From the NCBI GenBank assembly GCA_965153455.1, contig OZ234493.1, positions 18,838,213 through 18,902,212 of the forward strand: a stretch of 64,000 nucleotides of DNA, in the 5' to 3' direction. Position 1 is the stretch's first letter; every line of letters starts with the position of its first letter. Source of the stretch: Sphagnum compactum. Its lineage: Eukaryota. A program made the position numbers and the translations under genes. This document shows, piece after piece, positions 14,470 through 27,619 of this stretch. The notes under the pieces are model-generated. The model was given only the letters and a program-made list of their open reading frames with translations. It did not search any database and had not been told where the DNA came from.

Positions 14470-14818
14470 ATTCCTACATGGCATGGTGCCACCTCCCTCA
14501 ACCAAGCATAACTGGAAACAGCTTGTTATGCTAAACCAAAATTCCATGTGAAGAACTTTGCTGAGGACTTGATATTATGTCTAATGTTATGTCATATAAG
14601 AACAAAAACAATTTTTGAGATTTTACCATGGTACCAGTGTACCAGTGGGTAAATCCATTACCTTGATATGCCCATGGTCAAAAACACTATGAAACCAAGT
14701 CCGCACACCCTTACCCATCGTGGGCTTCCCAACAGTACCACGAGCGTGGCAAGAGGCAGCATGGTTTGGGAGATCTCAACATGACAAACAAAACAAACTA
14801 CCAACTTCATAGATAGAT
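14470..14818. repeat. Dispersed repeat family copy (related copies ~29450-29812 and, reversed, ~60700-60980)
   Basis: Shared blocks such as CACCCTTACYCAT...CATGGTTTGGGA...ACAAA...ATAGATA. Confidence 0.65.
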
Positions 14819-15133
14819 TTGGTGGTAGAGACCTATCCAGTATGGATCCACTGTTTACTGCACATACCATGTGGAAACAAAACACATACAATTTTGCAAG
14901 TGTAGTTGCACCATGAATAGATGGAGGAAGTGGTCCTCACTTTATGCACCTTACATGTGCATAAGGTGCTGGCACACAATGTGTGCCAAATACTCCTTAA
15001 AAGTCCGTGTCAGGCCGCCTCATGCTCTTGCATGGTAACACTTTGATAGCATGGTCTTATGTAAGACTACAGATGGCTCTAGTTTTCTGTGTAAAGCACT
15101 GACACTTAAATGCAACACTAATAATGGCAGGCT

Positions 15134-16958
15134 TTAAGCGGCCGTAACACTCACAGGAAGGTGTTTGGCATACCAATGCAGCATATCCTTGTGAGCTTCT
15201 TCAGCATCTGCTACCGCCACAGGATCATTTTCATCATAGCGACATGTCCAGCCATGCCTCACATTAGGAAACACCTTCACAAAGCTATCTATCTGCACTC
15301 AACCATACAGGAGTTGGCAAGAATTTCAGTTTGTTGCACACTGCAAAACAAACATATTAGGTCATGACAGCTTCTGAGCTTGTTGACATGAGGCCTACAA
15401 CAAATATATCCAAATGTGCAAGTATCATCATTGTCAAAGGCATGATGTTGCTGGTCATCATCCTGGACATGGAGACATGAAATTGTTGCATGGAAATAAC
15501 TGCTTGTGTGAGCCTAAGAGTGAGTCTCAAGAATTGAGGTCAAAAGATTCAGATGCATACATCATTACGTGCAGCCAGGATTGGTTCAGCAATCTCAGCA
15601 TTGTCTGTGGGAGATGCCAACACTGAAATCGCTGGTTTTATCTCTGCCAAAGATTGCCACCATGTATGACAGGTTAGATAAGCAGTCAAACTGATATCTG
15701 AAATGATGGCAAACAATAACTGGATCAGGAGGAGTGAGGCTGAAGCCATTCCAACTGGTTACCTTCGTAATCAGAAGGCTCAACCTTTGAAGGGTGCAAT
15801 TGCACAATGGCCTTGAAGGTGTGGTCCTTGCCTACAAGTGCTCCGACTTTGGCTGCAGATCAGAAATGTGAGGACAAGATGAGCAGTCGGCAGATTTGAT
15901 ACTCTTTGGAACTTGGAACTGATCAGATAGCCTGTGATTTCACATTCAGAATTCATAATTGCAGGAGAGCTCAATGAAAATCAAAGAAAACACTGAGGAT
16001 ATAGAACTGAAATCAATTGCTCAAATGGGTCAATGAAAGTGCTATTTGAAAACAGATGCAGCCTCCCAAGGAAATTCAAGATCAGGCATCAGCATTTTCA
16101 AACCAGTTTCCAAAATCAACTTACCTCCCCAACAAAATCCTGCAAAACCAAGGGATGATTTGCCTTTGGATTGGAGCTCCTCCGCAACCTTCTTTACATC
16201 TGGTACTGCTTCACTCTACATCTCGTGCAAAAACCTCCATTATGAAGAAGAAAATTGCATCCTAAGCTCGTGATGGCGGGATCGTAACTACCCTCCATCG
16301 ACTTCAAGATCATCATGAGAAATAGAGTATGACTTTGAAATCTAAGGTGCAGTCAGGATCGTAACTACCCTCCATCTATCGACTTCAAGATCATCATGCG
16401 AAATAGAGTATGACTTGAAATCTAAGGTGCAGTTTGTACGTACAGGCGGATGCTTTGCTAGCCACGCTTGGCCTCCAGCCGTTGGGTTTGGACCCGCCAG
16501 TAAAACGAATGGATCTCCGCGGAGAAAGTCAGGGACGACAACAAAGTAGCCTGCTGCAGCCACTTTGTCCGCCAACTTCCTGGCAAGTGACATTTATGCT
16601 TGCTTTAGTGACATTTGCAAGTCAATCTCTCTCATACATCTAGTAAGCGAACTCCGAAGAACGCACAGAGGAGGCCGCTCGTCAAGAGAAAAACAGGAGA
16701 AAAGAGCCAACCTAATAGTGTGCATTATCGAAGAGACGATGTGGAGAAGGCATGAAGACATACCTCAGTAGAGGAGCCTCGTATCCTGAGTGCATCCCAA
16801 AAAAGCCAAAATTGCACACACAGCAAACGACATGCTTCTGAGTGCATTTTGTCTTCCTCAGATCAGATCCGACCGAGCACGGAGAGGAGAAAATTTTCAA
16901 TCTCAAATCCTAGACTAGACCAAATCAACAACATTGCACACCAATAAAAAGCATAGAT

Positions 16959-16995
<37 letters not shown>

Positions 16996-17197
16996 TTCTC
17001 TCGATAGAGAAAACAAACACAAGCCATGATTCCGGATTCGACTTACCAAAAACATCAGTAACGAACAGCACAGCCGCGGAGGAAGACGGCGATCCCGTAA
17101 CATAAGAAGGCAGACCTGCAAACACTTCTTCCTTCCCGCTGGCGTTATCCACAGCCGGAGGCGCAGGCTTACAACAATCTGCTGATAGGCCAGACAT
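15134..17197 (-). CDS. Intact dienelactone hydrolase family protein, 243 aa, copy C; exons 17047-17197, 16764-16785, 16444-16579, 16125-16215, 15763-15852, 15561-15643, 15134-15292
   Basis: All introns are GT-AG and the exons sum to 732 nt in frame. Motifs: [29 protein letters not shown], nucleophile GFCWG, LHPS, and FPNVRHGWTCRY (catalytic His). Confidence 0.95.
16959..17002. repeat. (CT)n microsatellite in DLH intron 1
   Basis: Directly visible. Confidence 0.95.
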
Positions 17198-17713
17198 GGT
17201 TCTTCTCCGCTTCTAGTTTTCTACAAAAATCACAACAGACAAAAAAGAAGAGCTGAAAAGCCTGAAGATAAACTTTGTCTCCGGAAGCAAAGTTTGTGAT
17301 GACAGATGAAGCAAATAAGGAAGCGCTCTTGCTCAGGGGTCTACCACAGGATCTGTCGTTTCTCGCACGGATTTTATAGAACCCCAGGCTACAAAAACAA
17401 CAAGATCTAGGTACTCGGGAGCCACAACCACAAAGTCCTTGACGGGAAGCGAAAAAAAATTCCAATTTTTTTTTAAAATTTGTTAAAACCACAAAGTTTT
17501 CGTGGTGTTTTTATCATTTTCTGACAAACAAGTTTGCCAAGTGTTCCGCCACCAAAAGCAAAGATCAACAAACACCGGGACGGCAACTGTACAGCTTTCG
17601 CGCCTCTTCGCGAAAGCGCGAGGGAAGCTTGCGGAGAGGCTTCCACGAGTCTTTCGCTTTAGGCTTCCTGGAGGCTTCCTTTTAGGGTTATGGATGAATA
17701 GTATGCGGCCCAG

Positions 17714-18412
17714 TGGATTGTTTTCGTCAATTTTGTGATGTAGCCAAAAGTGGCGATGATCTGCAGGGAGATTTAGCCAACTTTGGCTACTACAAGCTAA
17801 ACATGAAAGTAAAATTTGTTAAGCATACTTCTTCTTCATTTTTTTGGCTACCCCTACTTGAACCATGTGCTGAAATTTGGCGATTTTTCGTCAAAATCTG
17901 GCTGTTGAAAAAATCTCTAAAAAGCGCTTGATTTCAGGACTTTTATCTTTTAATATAGCTTTCTGGCTACATATAGCCAGTTTTTCCTTAAATTTTGGCC
18001 AAAATCTGGCTGTTGAATAGTTCTCTAAAAAGCACTTGACTTTAGCACTTTTATCTTTTAATATAGCTTTCTGGCTACATATAGCCAGAAAAAAAAAAAG
18101 GGGAGCTGCACCACCATATGCCCACTCCTTTTTAGTCCATTATTCAAGAGGCTTACTCATCCAAGAAATTTCAGCCCTTTTTTCTGGCTGCATATTATGG
18201 CCAGAAAGCTGCTATATTCAAAATTAAATCAAGTGCATTTTTAGATTTTCAATAGCCAAGATTTGACTTAAATTGAATAAAATCACCAGATTTCTGTATA
18301 TGCTTCATGTACGTAGGGTAGCCAGAAAAAAGTTTACTTTCATATTTAGCTTTTAGCCAAATTTGGCTCAATCTTCCTATGGATCATTGCCAATTTGGCT
18401 ACATCAGTAAAT
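17714..18412. repeat. Two oppositely oriented copies of an abundant short dispersed repeat (GATGTAGCCAAA/TTTGGCTAC family); more copies ~19080-19490, 29820-29990, 42580-42830, 43690-43930
   Basis: Shared motifs GATTTAGCCAA-TTTGGCTA...ATGAAAGTAAA and their reverse complements; internal ~90-bp duplication at 17893-18090. Confidence 0.7.
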
Positions 18413-18669
18413 TGTCATGGTATTCAATAATTCATCAATTAGTTATGTCAATGTCATATTTAATTCCAATGACAAGAATTTCAAGGAACTAGTATATCGG
18501 TGGTTTTCTATTTCTTATTGATTTTTCATAATCCTTCATATCATCATCCTGGAACAATTCCAGTGACATTTTCAAGTATAATTATCTCATTTTCAAGCAT
18601 AACTAGCTTATTTTCAAGCCCAACTATCTCACTTTATTTTTAATAACTATATTTTATCCTTAGAACTAT

Positions 18670-19055
18670 TTCACTACTTTCCTAATAAATATCTCTTATT
18701 TTTATAACTATTTCATTCCTCTCCTTACCCACCAACATGGATATGAAAAGGCAAATTAACATGTGCATTTTCATGTTCATGATATTCATATTAAGTAAAA
18801 TGATATTTTATATTAACATAAATAATATGAATTATTGATAATCATATGGGAACATACTAAGAACTTGGAAAATAGTCACTGGTAGTGCATTGCAATGCAG
18901 AGCCCAAGTTTGGACATGAAATGTAAATAATAAATTTCATGAACATGAAAACACACATGTTACTTTGTTTTTTCATATCCATGTTGGTGGGTAAGGAAAA
19001 GGAGTGAGGTAGTTATAAAGATAAAGATAGTTATTAGGAAAGAAGGGAAATAAAT
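18670..19055. mobile_element. Fold-back/MITE-like element with ~130-bp inverted arms; related single arm near 61350-61560
   Basis: CCTTACCCACCAACATGGATATGAAAA...TTCATGTTCATGA pairs with TCATGAACATGAA...TTTTCATATCCATGTTGGTGGGTAAGG. Confidence 0.75.
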
Positions 19056-19544
19056 TTTTTTTTAATAAAAAAAGGTAATTATTCAAAAAAATAAAGAGAT
19101 ATTTCCAATTTTTGAAATTTTACAAAAAGGAGGCTACAGAAGATTATTAAAAAAAACCACCCATTGACCAGTCCCTCAAAAATTCTCATCTCCAGAATTT
19201 GAGTTGAAAGGGGGAACCAACTTAATTCTCCTTTGAGGGGGGGGGGGGGGGGGGTGGGTAAATTTAACCAATTGGCTTCTTTTTTTTCAAAATGCATAAA
19301 AATGTGATTTTTTCGTTTTCTAGTCACCAAATTCTGACAATTGTTTTTGAAAAACCACCAGATTTTCTCTATTGGGTTTTTGCATGGTAGCCAAAAATGT
19401 GAAGCATGCTTAAACTGTTTTGCTTTCAAATCATATTTATAGCCAAATTTGGTCAAACTGTCTTATCAATCGTCACTTCAACTACATCACTATTTTTCAT
19501 GCTTTTCTTTTCATTACCCAGAGTTTGAATTTGAGTTGGACTAG

Positions 19545-20045
19545 GTAACCTTCAGGAGGACACAGGTTACCACGAATAGTCAAGGTGCACTATCATTAAC
19601 CAGCACCCTCAAGCCAGTTACCAAACATAGTCCATTGTATGGGAACACCGAGCATATTGGTTACTGTGAATAGTCAAGGTGCATCACAAATAACCAGTGC
19701 CCTCAAGCCAGTTACATGACATACTCTATTGTATGAGAACACCAGCTGTATTAGTTATCGGACCCTTGATCTGGTTACCGGACATAGTCTATTGCATGGG
19801 AACACTGGGCATACTGGTTATTGGAAGCGCGGAGGATAGGTTATGATGATGTTGAGCCAACCAGCAAGGAGCATTCTAGAAGGCCACATAACACACTATG
19901 TATAACTCTAGAGCTAATCTCCAATGTGCTACCACATAAGCAAGACATTCCTAACAATAAAACTATGGACTAAGTAACCAGCAAGAGCACATATGTTATT
20001 GTGAATAGTCAAGGTGCATGAACCAAGAGTGCTTGAGCTAGTTAC
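19545..20045. repeat. Degenerate tandem repeats of ~95 bp
   Basis: Recurrent GAATAGTCAAGGTGCA...CCCTCAAGCCAGTTAC...ATTGTATGGGAACAC. Confidence 0.65.
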
Positions 20046-21639
20046 CGACCGACGCAAAGCACTGCCTTGATTTTTCTTTTTGTATTTTCAGCTCCCTTAC
20101 CTGCCTGAAGAAACCTGTTTTCAGCAAGCGGGACCAGTACCTGGCTGGTACTGGGATTTTCTGAACAGCGGAAGGTACCTGCCAGCCTGTCACTATTTCT
20201 AAAAAGTAAAAAAATCTCAGCTCTGCTGTACGTAGGAAAAGGACCTGAGTACAGGGATTTCTCCTGTACATAATCATCCCTCATGAGAATTGAGATGTCC
20301 TCTTCTCATCCACACAGCAATGAATCATGAATCTAACCCATAAATCAAATGTGTCAAGTGCATGAATGTGTGCATCTCACTTAATGAAGCACAAAACTTT
20401 GAAATCATACTTCAACCATATATAAATATATTTTGTATTTGTTACATAAGTGTAACTACATCCAAGAAAGTCATCCATGAACGCATGGTAATAGAATGAA
20501 ATTTGGCTTGGGGTACACACGAAAACATTATTTTGGCTCAGAGTCACGGACACAGGCTCACATACGATGTCAATGCCTTATGTGGGACCCTAATCACCAT
20601 GTCCCGACCCCTACGGAGCTTCGAGTCATTTTGTCACAACCCCATGCCACCATGTCTAGAACCTTAGGTTATGATGTCCCAAACACATCTATTCTAAGGT
20701 CTTCTAGCACAGGCCTTGTGCCACCATGTCTTGGCACAATGGGGGCATGCTGGAACCTAGATTATTTGGAATCGGAACCGGAATTTTGCAAATATCTCAG
20801 TTCGATTTAATGCCAACACCTAACACCTAACTGACAACCCACCGATGAAATATTTTTTTTATGGAACCTACAATATTCCGGTTCCAATTCCCCCACTCCC
20901 AAACCCAAGAACTGGTGTGAGGTTCATGGGTCAGTTCTGTTACCAACCATGTGTGGTCATCCTAGTTAATGGGTTAGATCAAAAGTTTGGTTAGGTTTCG
21001 GTTCCAGTTTCGATTATCCAAAACTTTCATGTAACCCACTAACCAGAACCACCAAACATGGTGGGTAAGGGGAACCGGAACCAAGTTTTTGCAAATATCT
21101 TGGTTCGATTCAATGCCAACACCGAATACCTAACTGACCACCCAAGTTCAGTTGAATTTTTTTTGAATGGAACCTATAAATATTCCAGTGCCAATTCTTG
21201 CACTCTTGAACCCAAGAACTTTCTAAGTTGATTGTGGGGAGTTTGGTAATTTCCTTGTTGTGTGGTGGTGTTTGTGCCGAAATGAATAGGATGTTGAATT
21301 GTTAAGAGAAGGAGTCGTCTAAGTTCTATCAAATTGTGCATTATGTGTTGAGTGATAATGTTGTTTCTGTGTTGGTCAATGGGTTTATGACAAAAAAGAT
21401 ACACTGGTCATGACCTGTTGAAGCTCAAGAAAGCGAGGTCGGAGAGCTTTAATTCTTAGAAACCCATAGAATTAGGGTTAGTAAGAATGAAGTTGTTCTT
21501 GGAATCAAAACCTTGATAATCATTTAATACCATATGTGTGTTTTGCTATAGAAACTTTGGTGTTTTACAATTCATCTTTATATTGTTGAAATGTGTGTCA
21601 AAGTAATACAGTCTTATTTTTTTGTTATAGGGGCTTATG

Positions 21640-21809
21640 TAATAAATCCTATGAGGTTGCATTATTCCATGCAATGGATTGGGCCTTTTAGGAAAAGAAG
21701 GTTATGTGTTGTGTGTAACATGAGGACAAATTGGTATTGTCCAACATGTGAGGATGTTATAGTATATTTAGGTGTTTGTTTTCTGAAATTACATAGCACA
21801 TTTACATAA
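21640..21809 (+). mobile_element. piggyBac-like transposase C-terminal Cys-rich domain remnant
   Basis: RKRRLCVVCNMRTNWYCPTCEDVIVYLGVCFLKLH fits the CxxC...CxxC...CFxxxH pattern; followed by subterminal-type repeats. Confidence 0.5.
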
Positions 21810-21939
21810 ATTGTATGTTGGTTTGATATTTACATAGATTGTATGTTGAAAGGGGAAAATGCCAGTATTGGTTGGTCTCTTAGGTTCAACTTGTGAGGTT
21901 GGTGGTATTTGGCTTTATAGTTTTTATTCTTATAGGTCA

Positions 21940-22720
21940 TATTCTATGAAAATTACTTCAATCCTCCAAAATATATATGATATGAATGTGTTCAACTAAG
22001 GATTTTAACACATTTTTGTAGTTTTTAACTATGATGAATTTTCAAAATTATATAATTTTTTTTTTCAATTATCTAAATTTCATGGGTCTAGGTAAGCACA
22101 TGTGGCTAAAATTTCATCAAACTATAATAAAAACTTAAAAAGTTATGGGCAATTGTCCAACTATGGGTTTCCCAACATTTTGTTTTGTGGTCAATTTTCA
22201 AAGTTGTATAATTTTTTCTTCTTCTTTTTCATTTCTCTAAATTAAATGGGTTTACATATGTAAGGAGACACATGAGGGTAAATTTTCCTCAAACTGTAAT
22301 AAAATCAAATAAAACTATGGGCAAGTGTTCATCTAGGGGTTTTATAACTTTTGTGGCATTTTGTGATCAATTTTTAGAGTTTTATAGCTTTTTTAATTTG
22401 TTATTTAGTTTTTAAAATTTCATGAATCAACATATGCAAGTAGATAGATGTGCCTAAATTTTCACCAAATTATAATAAAATCAAAAAGCATTATAATCAA
22501 TTGTCTAACTAAGGTTTCTTAACATTTCATGGCATTTTGTGATTAATTTTCTAAGTTGTATAACTTTTTCCCTTTTTTCAAAACTTTAAATTGCATGGAT
22601 CAACATATGTAGGTAGGCATGTGTGATTAAATTATAATGACAATGATTTCATTGGAGCTAGTTTAGGTGGGATGGGCTATAGTCAATTTTCAAAGTTGTA
22701 CAACTTTTGACAATTGGGAT
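21940..22720. repeat. About 4 degenerate ~175-bp tandem repeats (probable transposon subterminal array)
   Basis: Recurrent CAATTTTCAAAGTTGTATA...AAATTTCATGG...ATAATAAAATCAAA. Confidence 0.7.
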
Positions 22721-24649
22721 TTCTTTGTCAAAGGGCCCACTCAACTCAATGATATTGTGTGAATGCCCATTGGATGTGCATCTTTGACCATTTTTTCTTC
22801 CTCATCCAAAACCCTTTTTGTTTTGTTTTTTTCACCCACTTCATATGGATGCCTTGTATCTACCATAGGAAATTTGCAACCATTGAAAAATGGTAAGTAG
22901 ATCAAAATCTATAAAAAGTTGGAATTTTCAAGGTTGCCCAAAACCAAAAAGATTCCGCTTTCAACTTGTAGAAGGGATTTCCATATCTCAACCAAATCTT
23001 CTTTTTTCATACCAAAACATCTAACTTGAAATTGTCTACAACTCTACTGAATTGGATTTTCCAAAATCCAATGTTTTACATGGATTTTTTCTAGAGGTTT
23101 CTAAGGGCTAGTTCCTCTTTCAAAGTGAGATTGTTGTGGTTAAAGGACATTTAAGGGATAACAACATGGTTGTATGCCATATAATATCATCTGGAATGGA
23201 GCACCACCCTCCTTCTTGGTGGTCATAAAGCCTTATCCTTATTTTTTTAATGTTGTGGCAAGGGATGTTTAAAAGTGTAATAGTTCCTTTTTCATTTAAA
23301 CAAAGTTTTAACATGTTGATATTATTATTTTTTTGGAAAAAGGCAATGAAACTTTAGTCAGATGGGGCCCTAATTTGGAAAGGGATAATCGAAATTGAGG
23401 CCATGCAAGGCAACATGTCACACATGCTCTTTACTTTGGTAACACCCTCCCGTAGGGCCTTACCTATCACTTAAATGGCCTACAATCAAACCTTATACAT
23501 AATTTAAGTATTATTGCAATTATGTAATATATGTATAATTTTGGGGGGAACTACACAAAACCATTTACCCAAACCATAATTAATTAATGAATGGGACTAA
23601 GAAAATCATGATATTTTTCTATTTCAATGGCAAAGATGGTTACAAATGTTTAGCCACTTTAATACTAGCATTTGCCCATTTGGGTTCCTCAACTTCATAC
23701 GTGTCACAAAAACTATTCAAAACTTTTAAAGCTTAAACCCTACTAAACACCTTGAAATCCAAACTAAGTAGTACATTATTTTGGCCCTTAGGTCATGTGA
23801 ATGAGTTACCTTGAAAATTGTTCTCATATCTTATCAACATCAAAATGTAACTAATATTTTGTATGTCAATTTCAAGTCAATTCAATAGTAGCTTTGTGCA
23901 ACCAATTTTTTGCTCCCTTGTTTTCTTAATCATAGTAACCAAACCCACGAAATAAAACCACATTGTTTTCAAAAATATGTTTGTATTAATTTAGGGCCAA
24001 TAGGAAGTACCATTTGATTTATCCAATTCAATGATGGTGTGACCATGTACCCACCCACAATTATTCTTCTTCTTTTATTTCCAACAAATTCCCATCATTT
24101 CCACTTTTTGAGCTTTTTGTAAAAACAATTGGGACCTTGGTTTCTAGCAGAATTTCTGGAATAGTTGTCCAGCTAGGGTTCTTGCAATCTTGTTTGGCTT
24201 TTTTAGTGAGGAGATACTACGACAACATTGATTTAGTTTTGTACCCAACTAAGAAACACTGAGGCTTCAGCACTAAATGCGTCAAACTTAAGAATCTATA
24301 AACAAGCTTACAAAACATAAAACGATAATGCAAGATTAGTATCCATCCATAAGAACCTTAAACCCTAATCAATTGATCTTATATTATGTCAATGCTTGAA
24401 AAAAACCCTAGCCAAACATTACTTTGAGGATTTTAATCACTGATTCCAACCAATTGTGGCAAGCAAGGAAAACAAGATAAGAACAAGTATGTGGAAGCTA
24501 GAAACTATGACCCCCTTGGGTAACATTAATTTAAACAAGATATTTGAAATAATTCCATGTATGTTCATGAAGCAAAGATGTGGACAGGCATTTCAACCAT
24601 TCAAAGGGTGTTTTGCTTTAACAAATATTAAGCGCTACAAACTTAATAA

Positions 24650-27581
24650 CACTACTACAAAAGTGGGGTGCAATTTACTAGTTTAAATCACTATGGGACT
24701 TTAAAAGTGAAATAAGTTCATTCCATTTTACTAATTTCACCTTGGTGAAAGTTATTTCATTATAATATCACTATGTAAACATCATGTTTCATTACTAATT
24801 AACATAATTCACTATTATAATTTACTGTAATAAATAGGTTTATTTTCATGTTTTTTTAATATTCTATCTATGTTATTTTATGATATACCTTATATTATTT
24901 TAAACTACTTTAGTTATTCTAACTTATATTTTATGTTATTATAGGTTATTATAAATTATTGTACCGTAAACTATTATATGTTATTTTACTTTAAAGTATT
25001 TTAATTAGCTTATTATAAGCTTTCTAAGTTATTTAAAATTAAATTATTCAATTAACTTTAAGCTATACCGTAGGTTATTTTATTTAAAATTAATATATGT
25101 TATCTCAAGTTATACTTTAAGTTATTCAAAGTCATTCTACTTTATGTTATTATAAATTATTTTATCTTAAGTATAATAACTTAAAATAATCTAAAATAAA
25201 AAATAATGACCTAAGGTAAAATAACTTAGAATAGAAAATAATAACCAATGAAAAATAATTTAAGATACCTTACAATATAATAACTACCAATAGCCTATGA
25301 TATTATAACATAGAATATCCAACAATAATTTATAATACAATAATCACCAATAGTTATAATATAACATATAATAACCAATAATAACTTATAATACAATAAC
25401 CATTAATAGAATAACCACTAATAATCATTAATAGAATAACCACAGTAGTCATTAATAGAATAACCACAATAGTCATTTATAGAATAACCACCAATAGTCA
25501 TTAATAAAATAGCCACCAATAACCATTAATACAATAACCACAAATAATCACAAATAATCACAAATAACCACCAATAGCCACTAATATAATAGCCACCAAT
25601 AACCATTAATAAAATAACCACAATATCACAAATAACCACCAATATCCACTAATATAATAGCCACCAATAGCCATTAATAAAATAACCACAAATAATCACA
25701 AATAACCACCAATAGCCATTAATAAAATAACCGTCAATAGCCATTAATAAAATAACCACCAATAGCCATTAATAAAATAACCACCAATAGCCATTAATAA
25801 AATAACCACCAATAGCCATTAATAAAATAACCACCAATAGCCATTAATAAAATAACCACCAATAGCCGTTAATAAAATAACCACCAATAGCCATTAATAA
25901 AATAACCACCAATAACCATTAATAAAATAACCACAAATAATCACAAATAACCACGAATAACCACTAATATAATATCCACTAATAGCCACTAATATAATAG
26001 CCATTAATAAACACCAATATCCACCAATAGAATATCCATCAATAGCCATTAATAGAATAGGCACCAATAACCACTAATAAAATAGCCATTAATAGGCACC
26101 AATATAATAACCTCCAATAGCCACTAATATAATAGCACCAATAGCCATTAATATAATAACACCAATAGCCACTAATATAATAACACTAATAGCCATTAAT
26201 AGAATAACCACCAATAGCCACCAATAGAATAACTAACAATGGCCATTAATAGAAGAACAATCAATAATTATTAATAGAATAACCATTAATTGACATTAAT
26301 AGCCACCAATAGAATAGGTTCCAATAGCCCTAATAAAAAAATAACTAATAACCATATATTGGAATTACTTAAGATTGCCAAAAAATAATATAGGGTGAAA
26401 TAATTTATAATAAACAAAATTAACTTAAGGTGAAATAGCCTAAATAATTTAGAATTGCCAATAATAACATAAAGTGAAATAACTTTTAATAGCCAAAAGT
26501 AACTTATAATAGCTACAAGTAGCCTAAACTAAAATAATTTACAATAGCCAAAAATAACATAAATTAGCCAAAAAAACTTACAATAGCTGAAAATACCCTA
26601 AGGTGAAGTAAGCTAAAATAGCCAAAAGTAACTTAAAATAACCAAAAGTAGTCTAGGGTGAAATAGCCAAAAATGACCAAAAGTAATTGAAAATAACCAT
26701 AAATAGTTGTAAACAATGTAGGGTGAAATAATTAAATTAATGAAAAATGGTCATATAATACTTGAAAATAGCTTAGCATAGGTAGTATTATTATATTAAC
26801 AAAGTTTTATCCATTTATTAAAAAAAAAATTTCCAAAACAATGGTCATTGAAATGTTATTGAATAATGATATTCAACTTTTTTTTGTTCAAATGATTTTA
26901 AACTTTCAAAAGGAAATAAATGTAATTATGTACATTATTGATTTTTAAAAAAAAGTAAACTCAAATCATTTCATTACAACAAAATCTCAATAAGATATGA
27001 ATTTTCAAAATTTATGTTTTTGTAATGTTTAAAATGAAATATTCGATAAATAGAATGTAACATAACATATTATCACAACAAGTGGGGTGGTTTGATGGTA
27101 AGGGTGTTTGGCTCTAATCCAAAGGTCAAGGGATCAAACTTCATGAGTGGTTTTGTGTGTGGTCAATAATGGTATGTTGACTGAATATTTTCTCCTATTT
27201 AATTCCTAAAATAGGTGCCTAGGTTGATTACGTGGCCTACCTACCTAGGCTAGGTTTTTAACCTAGCTAGGTAGTGACACATGTCAATAAATCATACGTT
27301 GAAAAAATCATGAAATTATCAATAATATTATATATTATATAATAAAATTTTAATTGATTTCCATGTTGGTTAGTTAATTAACTAGTAAGTGAATGGTTTG
27401 GTAAATTTATATTTCACTTGAGAGTAACCTTGTTTCACCTGGTACTAATGATATAATTCATTGTCCATAGCAACTGGTCCCTGTTCAGTAAGGGGTTAAA
27501 CAATTTCCCCAGGTAAAAATGTCCAAATTCACTCAAAATCTAGTGTACCCAAAGTGAACTAGGACGCATTTTGTAGTAGTG
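24650..27581 (+). mobile_element. Non-autonomous CACTA element with an internal fold-back AT-rich array and minisatellite
   Basis: 13-bp perfect TIR CACTACTACAAAA / TTTTGTAGTAGTG. Both arms are homologous to the elements at 49337-50430 and 55884-59975. The 3-bp flanks (TAA/CAT) do not match. Confidence 0.8.
25380..26330. repeat. 25-bp minisatellite AATAAAATAACCACCAATAGCCATT (8 near-perfect copies at 25721-25920, degenerate flanks)
   Basis: Directly visible tandem units. Confidence 0.9.
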
Positions 27582-27619
27582 CATACTCAATTAAATTTTC
27601 CTTTGATCACATGAGCTTG

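Noticed and set aside
15134-17197. DLH genes as the source of the NLR hydrolase domain
   Set aside because: Different nucleophile motifs (GFCWG vs AYSFGG), different exon structure and no visible sequence similarity.
25380-26330. Regular short repeats as a possible CRISPR array
   Set aside because: Head-to-tail minisatellite without unique spacers.
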